Of a DNA stretch of 64,000 bases, positions 24,613 through 37,100 are shown one piece after another; positions within the stretch are counted from its first letter, which is position 1, and every line of letters starts with the position of its first letter. Under the pieces are notes generated by a model. It had not been told where the DNA came from. It saw only the letters and a program-made list of their open reading frames with translations, and made no database searches. Made by a program: the position numbers and the translations under genes. Source of the DNA: Klebsormidium nitens (lineage: Eukaryota > Plantae > Klebsormidiophyceae); contig DF237011.1 in NCBI GenBank assembly GCA_000708835.1, positions 62,001 to 126,000 of the forward strand, written 5' to 3'.

Positions 24613-27600
24613 TTAACCTTGGCGTCGCCTTTGCCGCCGTACGTAGACTTCCCACTGTTCGTGATTTAGGTTGCTAAGATCCTCCAACTCTGCAATTGCT
24701 AATAAGTAGTCCGTTAAGTGAAGCAGCTCTCGATCAGATGTTCGGTTAAAGTGGGCCTTTCGAAACGGCCGGATGATGAGCCCGTTCTGCGGATTCATGA
24801 CGAAGTTGTGCCGAATGTCGTCGAACATGATGGTGTTCTTTTCGCTGTAGTGCTGCACGGAAGATGAACAAGCGTCGTTCGCAAGGATTTGAAGTGACCC
24901 TGTTGAGACTGCACTCTTCAACACAGGATAAAATCCTTGCCTCCTTCTCCAGAACTTTTGTAATTGAGGGCAGGCCAATTCAAGTTCATTCTGAAATGTA
25001 AGAGATCGAGCCCTGATAATGATTAAGCAGACAAGCAATCCCGTTAGGATAAGTTGACCAAGAATGAGACTTGCCTGTCGACAAAGAGCAAGCATTTGCT
25101 CGTCTGTTCCTACTCAGGGAGTCCGGGTAAACCCGAGCCAAATTTCTTTGATGAGGGTAAGAAGAAATGAGAGAAGTACTCTGCTTCCAAAGAAATTCAA
25201 GCAATCTCCTTAGGCGGGGATAGGAGAGAAAAAGAAGCTGCAAACAATGAGAACAGAAGAAACAGTGTACTCCTCACCTCCGGGAACTTGCCCCAGATGA
25301 CACCGAGTGGTTTGCAGTCGAAGACGCGATTGCCGGAGCCGATGGTGATCATTGCGCCGTGGTCCATGAGCGCCGTGATCTTGTAACTAGGGTTGGCGAG
25401 AACGCCCAGCTCCTTCATCTTGACCTCCACCCATTTCATCCTGCAAAAGATAAACGTAATTCATTCCCACTTCTTCCGCCTTCTGCTTTCCCTGCTCGTA
25501 TAGTGTCGATTTTCCCCTCTCGAGATTCCCCCACGACATGCTGGCAGAAAACGAGACGGTTCGATGCGCGCTTTTTTCGTGTTCTGCTTGCAAGGTAACG
25601 AATTTTACTTCTCATCATCATCTTTCTCCCCGATCATACCAAGAGAAAGTTTGGCCCAAAATCTCCTGGGAAATATAAGGAACCCTCCGTCTGTCGCTGC
25701 TTGTGTCTAACGTACTCCTTTAATGAATGAATCTAGCAAGCACACGCGCAACTGAGCTTCGAAAAGAACGCAAATCTGTTCCTTCAAACAAGGCCGACTA
25801 CGAACGTCTCAAGCGAAGTTGTTTGTAAGGTCGCCACCTCACCCCGTCGCTGACCAGATGATGATGTCATACTCGCTGTACGCAGCTGCAAGGAACTCGT
25901 GCAGAACTGCGGGACGAACAAAGACGACACCCGTCAGAAAGAGCGCTTGGCAACCGAAAAACACGTATGGGAAACTCGTAATACCACGAAGCGCACATGT
26001 CGGCGTTTGCAGCGACATCGGAGCTGGTAACAGAGCCTGCATGTCGCCATGAAAGTCACGTGGACTTCTCGTGTCCAGGCCAAGGCAGCCTTTGCGACAT
26101 CAAAGAGCGACTCGGTGGTGGATGGAATTCGCCCTCTACTTAGAGAAGTGGTTTGAAGCGAAGAATCGTCGAGATTTCGTTGTTCAGTCGCCGGAGGACC
26201 ACGGGACACTTCGCCTATTTGACCGTTAAAACTAGGGAACTCGTTGGCCAAAAGTCAAGCGATCTCCCCAAGGTAGTTGCTTTACTGGACGGGCGTTCCG
26301 CCATTCGGCGGAGCTGAAAAGTGCTCTCTGTCCCCTCTTTTCACAGAAAGTGGAATGTTACAACCCCTCAACTGACGTTCAAGTATATTTTCCCATAATC
26401 GGGGTTGCGACTATCTTCGTGATGTCAAGTTCTTAGGACTGTTCCCTTCACGGAGCCCGGCAACAAGAAAAGATCTTGAGCTCACCCAGTACATAGAAGC
26501 AATAGTTAATCGATGAAAGACTCTTCATTTGGGAAAGAAGGGGGTTCTGAGTAACAAACCGTCAAATTTGGACGATACAGCACAATTATCGAGGGCGGAA
26601 ATCAGCGATTCTCAAGAATGCGTTTGATGAACGAACTTTCTTCGACAAACTTACAGGGGCGTTGAAGCTCCAGGGGCGTTTCCGCCACCGATCGATGGTC
26701 GAAGAGCGTGTAGTCGATGTCGAGGACTAGGAGCTTCTTTCCGGGCCGGGGCGGGTTCCGTATGACTAGCTGCATAGCGATCGAGAATCAGTGCCTCTTC
26801 AGACTCCGGAATGTCCCTTGAAGAGCGTCGAAAGGCTTTTCCTTTCCTTTTCCGAAGCTTAGACGCATACAAAGTGCGACAAACTTCATCGCTGTCTTGT
26901 GCCCTCGACACCTCCAGGTCTGCTGACCACATGTCCTAGTGCGGGTTCTCCCCTTGTTGGATCAGGCCCCAGGGTGCGAGCAGACACAACGCTTTGACGA
27001 CTTTTCAAATCGCAACGACAGTCTTGTGTAGCCGTTGAGGTTGGAACGATTCCTTCAGCTCAAGCAACGGGGCTCTGCTCGACTTCTTGGGGTGTCTGCA
27101 AAGCTCCTCCAAGTATGGCTTAGACCTTTTGAAAAGCAAAGCAGTCGCGCTCCCTGAAGAATAAGAGCTTTCAGAAGAAGAAAAAAGAGCAGATTGTCGG
27201 CTCACTTTGTACTGTACGATGCGCCGCCGCAGCTTAGCCAGGTTCTCGTCCCTATGCTGGATTGCCTTTTCCTCCTCGGCCGCGATCTCAAAGTCGTCCA
27301 AAATCTCTGGCACATCCTCAGGCTCCACCAACATTTCCTGCTCTGCAGTCCTGCAGCAGCGATCGAAGGCTGATAAGAGAAGGCTTCAGAAAAATGCCAA
27401 ATTGTTGCCGACCATATCTGGCGAGTTTGGATATCAATGGTGAAGATCTAGCATTCCTAACACGCCAGGTCAACAACTCCTTTTACGCAGTCCTGCGACC
27501 GCAGTCGAAGGGTGATGAGAGGATGAATTGAACCAAGAGAACAAGCCTAAAGATCAGACCAGGTTTGGCACGTCTGGATCAGTGATGGTGCACTTGTAGG

Positions 27601-28872
27601 TTCCTTAGTACGCCAGCTCATCAACTCCTTTTCCGCAGTTCTTTCAGCAGCAAGTCGAATGTTGTTTAGAAAGCGACTTAAACTGAAGAACAAGCATAAC
27701 AATCAGGTCAGACTTGGCGAGTCTGAATACCACATTATGGATCTTCGAATCCTTTCTTCACCAGGTTGGATTCCATGAGCGCTCCCAAAAGTTAGTTAGA
27801 TATGCTTGATGCCATGAAGCTGAGCTGTTTGCCACGTCAAGCAGTCGCCATAAATGGACTGTGAATCCTCCATGGAAGTAATCCGAGATGCGCCACCTGG
27901 AGTTTTCCACAGACTTGCCTGCAGGGCTTGCGCTTTGCCAACCGCTCGGTCACGACTTTTGACGGCACTCACTGTGAACATACGCCATTCGACGGCGCAA
28001 AAACATTCGAACAACCTGGAAGAGCAGACCCGTCAATCTTCGGGGTGGTTCTTTAAAACAACACTCCGAGCAAAAAGAAGGTCAGGACTTACCCCATCAT
28101 CATGATCTTGGCCCCTGGTTTTATGGCCAGGTCTGATATGCGGGTGCCATCGTGTGCAAGCTTGCCGGACGCTGCTTTCAATCCAAGCAGCTTCTGACGC
28201 TTGGCGAAGACGCTGGTCTGCAGGTTGATTCTCTCTTTTAGGTCGGCGACAGTTGCTCCACCTTCTATCAGGATCTGCAAAGAAGGAAGCAGTCAGTGAG
28301 CACTGTATAGCTGTCAGTCCGGAAACGACCAAGAGTATCAGAATCTTGTCCAAGGTAGTGGAAGAATGTTTCCAAAGCCTTGAGCATGTGTGGTGGCATC
28401 AATCAATCTTCAACTCTGTGCTTGTTCTGCAAGCAGGAAGAGGCTGGTCCGTCACAGAACTTCAAACCAACAACTTAAAATGTCAAATTCCATCAGCCAG
28501 GGCAAAACATTCATGTGTATACCACCGTGTATCACATGGAATCTGACGTGAGATAGATCGAATGAAGCTTTTGAAGGAGCTCAGATTCCAAGAGCTTCTG
28601 CAAGCTAAAACCTCGTCTCACATACGTTCCTCCCCTAAGTTTCCTCTTTGTGGTCAAAGGCATCCGAGGGGAGCTGCAAAATGACAAAGACCTACAACAT
28701 GCAGCAGTCCTACATTTTCCTCAAGTCAGAAAATGTGCTAAAACAACAATCGCACCGTGTACTCTTTCCCAGACCACTTTATGGTGAAGGCTACTTCGTC
28801 TGCGCCGGCAGTGCCACCCTCTAGCACCGCTGCAGCCATCCCTGAGGAACTGCTCGGTCCTGCATCCCCCAT
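24613..28872 (-). CDS. UBLCP1: Ubiquitin-like domain-containing CTD phosphatase 1
   Basis: Exons (minus) 28872-28756, 28274-28093, 27350-27206, 26769-26655, 25906-25843, 25440-25278, 24852-24613. UBL domain (IKWSGKEY...KRQKLLGL...KIMMMG), HAD motif [53 protein letters not shown]. Confidence 0.96.
27325..27775 (-). repeat. Three ~145-bp tandem units spanning the acceptor of UBLCP1 exon 3
   Basis: Recurrent plus-strand motifs caac(a/t)...gcagt(c/t)ct...cag...cgaa and (c/t)tggc(ga/ac)gt(t/c)tg(g/a)a recur at about 145-bp spacing. Confidence 0.75.
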
Positions 28873-29135
28873 GTCTAACGAGGACCGTGCTCGTGTATCC
28901 AGAAGTTGCCACCGCCTGGTCCTATTGCAAGTCTGCAGATTGATCACTACAAAATTCAAAGCACTAAATGCAGATCGCACTGTTAGAACGCGCAGATTGA
29001 GAGCTGAGCATGGGAAAAACAAATTCGGATATGAGCTGCTGCTTTGAAGAAGTTATTTCTGCTCTGCAGCTCAGCAGGCTACAGTACATATTACCTCCTT
29101 GCAGCTGCATTGCATGCAGATTACCTGGAAGGGTA

Positions 29136-29177
29136 TAGGGTTTGAACTTTGAACGTGCTTTTAGGGTTTGAACTTTG
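29136..29177 (-). promoter_or_regulatory. Two telo-box motifs (AAACCCTA) within a 17-bp direct repeat in the UBLCP1/CSP divergent promoter
   Basis: tagggtttgaactttga occurs at 29136 and 29162. The telo-box is an established plant promoter element, but the 8-mer also occurs elsewhere here (e.g. ~17555, ~7230), so function is unproven. Confidence 0.35.
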
Positions 29178-29530
29178 AGCTCCCCAACAAGATGCCCCCG
29201 GTAATGCTCACCGGCCTAGATGACTTAAAAGATCTCCCGGGGGAAGAACAGAATTTCCCTGAGCGCCCCCGAGCTTTCTGGAACCGGTTGCTAGCTGAAT
29301 CAGCCGGTTGAGTGCCCGGTTGAAAGAGATACTTCTGAGTTCTCTGGCGCGCCAGCCTGGATGCTCTTCTCGCGCAGTTTGAAATTGCAGCACCAGCTTC
29401 CAAGTCAAAACTTGAAGCTTGCTCCCTTGTGAGTTCTCTTCCGAAGCTTCCCACTTCAGCAGAGACGCCGGTCCTTACCGCCCGCCCCACCCTTCCTCCT
29501 TTCCTCCCTTCTCCTCCACACGCTCCCACC

Positions 29531-32419
29531 ATGGCTGACCAGGTCGCCCCGGTCGCCGCCAACGGCCCCAAGAAGACCGGCAAGGTCAAGTGGTTCAACT
29601 CGAGCAAGGGCTTCGGGTTCATTACCCCCGACGATGAGGGCGAGGATTTGTTCGTGCACCAGACGAGCATCCACGCAGAGGGCTTCCGGTCCCTGCGCGA
29701 GGCAGAGCCCGTAGAGTACACGGTCGAGACCTCCGACGACGGCCGGACAAAGGCTTTGGATGTCACCGGCCCCGGGGGGGTTCCAGTGCAGGGGGCTCCC
29801 CGCAGGGATGGTTACGGTGGGGGAGGCAGCCGTGGGGGCTTCGGGGGGGCCGCGGCAGGGGGGGTAGACGCGGGGGATTCGGCGGCGCACCCGGGGGGGG
29901 TGACCGTGCCTGCTACAATTGCGGGGAGCCAGGGCACATTGCCAGGGATTGCCAGAGCGAGCCCCAGCAGGGGGGCGGCGCTAGGTTCGGAGGAGGTGGC
30001 AGGTGAGGGCGTATGCCTGTGCAGCTCAACTGCTCTTTGCTTCTAGTGAATTCTGCTTGCACAACCCTGTCTCGCTGCTAACAGCTTGAGGTAAAGCTTT
30101 GTTTCTGGTTGGGGTGGCTGCGCTAAGTGGTATTTACGGGTTTGTTTCTTCTGAATGTACATTCTGTTCTCTGAGTGTATTGCTTGAATTCCATTCGCTG
30201 TCCTCATGAGGGGCTTCCTGAAAAGGCAGGTCATTTGGATCTGGTTGTTGCAAGAACAAATTCTCATCCTCTTGGAATGAGAATAGTGTGATAATGGTCT
30301 GCTTGGATTGGCCAACCAAGCTGCCTTGAAGTCCTGACAGTTCCTGACATGGTAATTCCCCTTTCTCATTACGGCACATTACCTTGGCATTTCCAAGGCT
30401 TCTGAGGCTTACATTCTGCTAATATGGATGCGAAAATGTTCTTACCTGTGCTTTAAGGTTAGGTACGTTGCCAATTCGACACAGTGCCTGTTTGCTGATC
30501 TGTCATTAGGATCACAAGCAAGAGCAATTTTGTGTACTGCCTCTTTAGGCTCACCTTTTCCAGTCACTTTTTGGTGGCCTTTACCATTACCAGAGAGCTC
30601 AGGGCTTTGAGACTCTTTGGTCAAAATACTGAAGATGCACCGTACATTTGGAGTCCTCATCTAGTTTTGGAACAGGCCGCCAGTTTTTGCTGAGGTCTGC
30701 TCAATTCTGCTAATCATGCTGAATTGACATAGACTAGTCATACTTCCAGTTGAATAGGAAGAATCCTTGTCAAACTACTTTGGAAGGGTCCGTTCATTTG
30801 TCTAGCGGTTAAGACTCTGGCTGCGTGGTAATGGTCTTTGCCGATGTTGAGCCGCTTGCTCTGAAGAAGCTTCTTAGTTGCTACCATTCTTCGCGTCAAC
30901 CTTGCCCGCTCCTTTGCCTGCAACAGCCAGTGAGCAGTCTTCAGCTTTATTCAATGGGCGTACCAATGATCAATTTGAACATTGTCTTCAATCCTGACAA
31001 TTGGTGGTTTGCTTTCAGTGGTCTGCTCTTGTTCACCCCTCATTGTGTAAACCTTCTCCTCACATCCACCGACAGTGCTCATTCTGTTTGCCTGGATTCA
31101 TCTGTCTCATTTTCCTTGGTCACACTGCCTCTTTTCCTTGGTCAGTCAATTGCAGAATTATGTTGCATCAGTCGTTCGCTTTGAGGTGTTCTTTTGCCCT
31201 GAGCTTTTGTGTGCCCTTCCCTACTCCTCTAACTTAGTGGGACAGTAGGTAATCTAGGGTCCCAGCAGATATCAGTGAGTTGTCGAACATGTCCAAACCC
31301 GGGTCAAACATATCCAAACCCGGGTCATAGCAAGTCACTAGCTACCGCGACTTGCCTTGGACCTGTCTGTCTTGGAAGGCGCTGCCAAATTTAGCGCAAT
31401 CAACCTGAGTTGTTCGCTCTTATTGTTGGTTGCAACAAATCGGGTTCGGTCTGGCTGGCTGCTCTTAACAATGCTTATGATGTGACGGACAGTTCAAGCA
31501 GAGCTCCCTCTCACGATCGTGGCTCTCGGAGTACCACATTGGCAGTATCTGTCTAGACACTCATTTGAGGATGTGAGCAAACAGGTAGAGCGAAGCTTGT
31601 GAGCTTAGAGCCATTTCATTGCTGTACCTTCAATTTGGCCTTTCCAAATCAATCTTGCAGAATAGTCTGTTTTAGCTCGCTGCGGGAGTGCGGGAAAGTG
31701 TTTTGTTTGCCCTGTCCTTCTGAAGCCCTTCAATCGACCTTGAAACAACGTGGATTTCACCCGACGACCTATGAACCTCAGCAAATTAGAATCTTTTGCT
31801 TTGTATCTTATTGCATCTGAACAAAGACTTTAGGTTAGGTCGGACTCATGGTGGAGTTATGACATGAGAAACTCAGCTGGCTTACGCCGTTTGTCTCTTT
31901 GGCGGAGAGAAGAAGGGCTCATTTATGGCTGTGAGACTCAGCAGTTACACTTACTGCAGTTTACACTTTCAGAGGTGCTTCGCAGAGCTGGTGGTTTGCC
32001 CAAGGGCTGGTGTGTGTGGTGCTCCTCGTCTCTTGTTTCGTCTTTGATTGGTTATTCCTTGTCTCTTGTTTCGTCTTTGGTTGGTCAAATTTCACCAATT
32101 GGGGGACATTGTTCCCTCCTGCTCATATGTTGCATCTCTTTGCGGTTGATCGCTCTTTCATGTTTCCGATTGTTGTTACTCGGCTCTCGAGTAATATGTT
32201 TCCATCTTCTTATCAACACTGTTGCAGGCTGATTGCTGATGCTCTCCCTATTCCATGCTCTCCACGCTCTTGACACTTCACTCATCACTCCTTGGTTGAA
32301 TCTGCCAGCCTCGCTGACATGGTGTCAATCCTTTTCGCAGGTCCGGCGGTTCCCGGGCTTGTTACAACTGCGGACAGGAGGGCCATCTCGCCCGCGACTG
32401 CCCCAACCCCACCCAGTAA
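29531..32419 (+). CDS. Cold-shock domain protein with Gly-rich linker and two CCHC zinc knuckles (plant CSP/GRP2 type); apparent 1-nt frameshift in a G run
   Basis: Exon 29531-30002: [20 protein letters not shown]...DLFVHQTSI (RNP1/RNP2), then after a frame change near 29843-29849 [14 protein letters not shown]. Exon 32341-32419: [14 protein letters not shown], then stop. Confidence 0.92.
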
Positions 32420-34187
32420 GGTGGCAATCGGGCCGATACGGAAAGCACCAACAGGAGGTTTGCAGGTTCTACCCGGACATTTCTGCCCGGGGAAAAGTCT
32501 TCGCATCAGGGGGAGGTGCACGGAAGGAGTTTGCTTTGCAGAAGGGGGGGTGGTCGCCCCCCTCTTGGTTTAGAAAAAGGGGGGGCAGTCGAGCCCTCCG
32601 GTAGCACTCGAAGCTTCACGGAAGGCCTTGTAGGTCGAGGTGGGCTTTGGTAATATGCGTTTGTTGTTGCTTTGCTAGAACTTCATCAGTTGGGCTTGGC
32701 CGCACCCCTGCGGCCGCGTAGGCCCCGAGAGCGTCCCAGGCAGCCTATCTCGTATGGGCTGCCGCGCTCTTATTTATCCTTTCTAAGGGGCCCCCGCTCG
32801 CAAGAGCAGGGGCAGCCGTGTGCAAGTGCAGACCTTTTATCGGAAGTGGTCGTCTTCGGAAGTGGGGCGCGGCTGCTTTTACCAAGGGCCTGCCATGTCG
32901 TCAAGTGATAACGGAGGAGGAGGCTGTAACAAGGACACGTTGAAATCTGATAAGTCGTCTTTTCAAAAAGCTTGGGACGGGTGTGAAGTCAATTTAAGTT
33001 CACTAGTTCACAAAGTCGCTTGCATGAATGGGGGCTGACATGCTTTCGGGCCGAGTTAAAGCTGGAAGTTGTTTGCCCGGCGTATTGTATGGCCGCACCA
33101 GCGCAAATCATTGAATATCTACCTGTCAATGTCAGTGCTGGCATGATTACGTCTCTGAATTATTCATCGCCGTAGTGTGGCATGCTTGTAGATGGTCATG
33201 CGCTTGTCTGTATGCTGCGCACGGTACTAATCGTTCAGCTTACTTATGCTTGCTGGCTGTATGTTCGAAACTTGTATAAGCATTGACACAGAAGATATAT
33301 GCACTTTTGGCACTGTGGGCCCGCGGCTGAATTATGTGACCACATCATGGCATGTTCACGCAGGCTGTGGGACGCAATTGCAGATCTGTGTAGTATATAA
33401 CGTGCAAATGATTGCAATGCCAGCTGGGAACGCAAAAAGACAATTCGAGCTGCAGCAGAGTCTACAACTGCCGCCCTAGGCTAATCGCCCGACAATCAGG
33501 GACACGTGGTAAGGCAATGGACAGTATTCAATGCAATATATCGATACGAATGGCAGAGCCGGAAGCATCCTCACCACTTGCGGTCCACAAGATAGCAAGA
33601 ACGATTCTATCTGAAGAACATGTCGGATACTTGTTCCGTCTTCCATGCTTCATAAATTAGCTCTTAGATATCAGGCATGGTGATCATACTATGAGAATCA
33701 TGATCAGATGATGCAAGTTGAAGCAGTCACTCACTGGCGGCCAACTTACTGCCGCTGCTTCATATCAAAGACGAGCCGCCCCGCTTCCATCAGTCCGACA
33801 CTAGTAAACTTGAGTGTGCATGGCGTAAATCATTCTGTGCTATACATACTTGCAGCAAAGACAATTGCATGTTGCTTGCCAACACCCATGTGAGTCCGAG
33901 GCTATTCTGTGACCACCACATTCCTTTGAAAAAGGATTGTTAGATCCATGAGAACAAGCTATGTGATTAAGCATTGGAAGTTGCAATTCAAAACGTCCAG
34001 ACTACACGTGCTCAGCAGGACATTGGCATCATTCACACTGTTCGTCAGAGCAGCAGCACAGCCCCCCGGGCTTTGCCAGCCTTGCAGCCCTTCGACAAGT
34101 ATGTTTTCACATTAAGCACGCGTTGACTATACCGATTGACTACCCACTCACTGAGCTTTGAATTCACTCTTCACACACGGCGACTGC

Positions 34188-37100
34188 CTAGTTTTCTCTA
34201 CGAGTGCGGCGCCTGGCAGGTGCCTCATCTTCCTCGACCTCCTTGACAGCCTCCTGCAGCTTCTCCTTGCCCTCAGGAGCGACGGCGGGCGCCACGTCAT
34301 CGGCGGTAGCCGCGTCTGTCTTCTTCTTCAGACCCTCGGCGGCCTGTATAGAGTGCAAGGGTCAGAGCCAAGTATTTCGCAGCCGGTCAGGTAATGGGGC
34401 AAGCTGGGCACAGCAGACAGGCTACTCAGAAGCACGAAAGGTTGCAAGAACTGGCAGTAAGCAGATTTGCTCTGTATCGGTGGCGCGACTTCGAGTCTGC
34501 TGATGATCAAACCGTTCCCTGTCTTCCTTTGGGCTCCGCGGGAAAGTGAAGATGACATCTCGTTCTTGGAGGTGCTTCATCACACACCAGCACTCGATGA
34601 TACGGAAAAGGAGGCAGTGGTACCCAGACTTCGCGTCACTGGTTGTCACACTACGTGCAACATTGGACAGATTCGAATCAACGGTCGGACTAACAAGAAA
34701 CCTGGACGAAGGTTTGAAGCGAAACCACGCACCTTGGTTGCTTTCTTCTTGCCCCCTACCAAGCAGAACATGAGGAGGAACGGGATGCCAGCCACCAAGG
34801 CCAGAGCAGAGACGAGAGCCGCCATCTCGTTCTGCTCGGCGAGATCCAAGGCTTGCTGCAGGGACAGAACATGACATGATTCAGCGTCAAAGTTGGAAAG
34901 ACAGTACGTGGTGACTCACACAGCCGATTATAACTTCCAGACAGGAGTCCAACAATCCCGAGTTGCCCAATCGTGCAACATTAACCTCCACCAGTCCTGA
35001 CCCTTGCCCAGAGATGAGACCTCAAACTTTCGGACGCTGCAAAGCCCTACCGATACAGGGTGTCGGGAGAACTCCACAGAGACCCAGGGAAGAGAGCAAC
35101 AGGAGCGACGACTTAGTTTCGACGCACTTAAAAGAAGGGGAAACATATGTGGCAATCAAACCAGCAGATCCTCAAAGTTTTACTGTCGCACAGTGAACGG
35201 AGTCAGAATGGGAGACTGCCTTATCATCTTCGAATCGGCGCAGGAATAATAGCCCGTACTGCCATGGGAAAGGCAACTGCAACACTTCAAGCGACCCCCC
35301 CTAAGAACAATCAATCCCGCAGCCTCGTCATCCATCCTCGTCGTTTGTGACCTGGCAGACGCTCCGCAACAACCCAACTTCCTCTCCGGCTGAACAATCT
35401 TGCGGATCCAGCCGTGAAAAATGCAGCTTCTGCTTCACCAAAGCGTATCTCTGAGCATATGCTATGGCATATGCTTGGGCGCGACTGCGTCCAAGTTCAC
35501 CAGCTGGCGCGCATATGCAGCCCTTCTCCTAAGTTTCAAAACACCTCTCACTCCAGAACCTTGGGGGATTAAGACCTTGAAAGGGGAAAAACAAAAATAT
35601 AGATTGCTCCTGCTCTAAGGTACGGCTTTACTGGCGCGAGCGCCTCCCCATCGGCCAGCTGGCGCGCCGTCTCCAGGATTCTTCTTGCCAGTAAGCGACA
35701 AAACCTCATAATCTGAAAGTTTGCCCCAATCTCCTTCGGGGAGCGAAGCACGGGGCAACTAGTCCGAAATCCTAAACAAGAAAAGCAGCATTGATGAGCC
35801 TTACTGTGAGGTACGGCTTGACGGACGCAAGCGCCTCCACGTCCGCCAGCTGGCGCGCCGTCTCCAGCACCTTCTGGAGGACCACGTTCTTGACCTTGCC
35901 CGACGCCGCCGCCTCGTCCGCTACCTCCTTCTCCTTCTCCTCCTCCGCCTTCTCCTCTGCGAGTTTCGCGCCCGACGTCGCCTCGGCAAAGGCCTTGGCG
36001 GCACCCAGGTCGTGGCCCAGGAGAATGTTGTCGAAGAGGAATCCGTCGTTCATGGTCCAGATCTCGATGGCGACGGCGGCGATGGGCTCCAGGGCGACCG
36101 ACTCGACCTCGTAAAAGGCGGGGTTGGGGATCTGCAGAAAGTGCGAAGGACGTCGGTGTTGAAGTGGAAGCACTCAAGCAGCTGAGAACTTCCTCTCTAT
36201 CTTCACGAACTATGCTTCGAAGGAGCAATTCACAGCGGACCAACTCAACTTATACTGGCTGCATTGTAATCCACAAAAGGTTGGGAACGTGTGGGTTCAG
36301 ATACAAGGGCACATTAGACATGCAAGAACAGCTCTTTAGATCTTGCAAATTGTGCACCTTGTATTCAACACGACATTACTAGCCAAGTTGCATACAGTAC
36401 TACCCGTCCACCCAGCGTGAAAAGTGCATTTCCGGCCGGCTAGTTTCCTCGAACAAAGTCGGCATGAAATGGCTCTCAATGGTGTTTCAGGCTTCGTCCC
36501 TGCCGTCTCCGGCCAAATTTTGATTGCCCTATCCAGTTTGCCTACTGAAGCCGCCAATTCTTCAGTCACGTCTCAAAGCTGCAGAATCACTGGCAGCAAA
36601 TGCTGTGAATCCCCAGAACCGACATCTTGTCAGGGCCGACGGTCGGAGAACCCGCTTTGATTACCCGAATATCAAGGTCCCCCAGCGAGTTCCTCAGTCA
36701 TCCTCTCGACCAAAAAAAAGCCCGAAGCCTTCTGAACTTTTCCGAGAAAACCCAGAATACGAATTGCCCCAGAATCACCTAAACTGCTCAAGATTTCTTT
36801 ACTCACCTTGCGAGGGGCCCAGACTCCCTTGTACTCCGGGTTGTCGATCAGCGGCGCGCTCCACTTGCCCTTGTAGTCAGGGTTCCGCTTCGTCGGGCGC
36901 TTCCACTCGCCGCACCCGGGGGCCTCTTCACACTTGGGGTTGTCAACCTTTGCGGGCTCCCACTCGCCATCCTCGTCGTCGTCCCAGTCCTCGGGCTTGG
37001 AAGCCTCGGGGTCGTCGACCTGGTCGGGCTCGTCGTCGAGCCACCCCTCGGGCTTCTCAGCGTCCTGCAGGTGCAAAAGGAAGAGTCAAAAGATGATTAC

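Noticed and set aside
29429-30046. 205-aa ORF taken as the full cold-shock protein
   Set aside because: Its C-terminal part is out of frame; the zinc knuckle is in another frame and the gene has a second exon at 32341-32419.
35569-37096. ORFs 35569-36243 (-) and 36524-37096 (+)
   Set aside because: Alternative-frame or antisense readings of calnexin exons.
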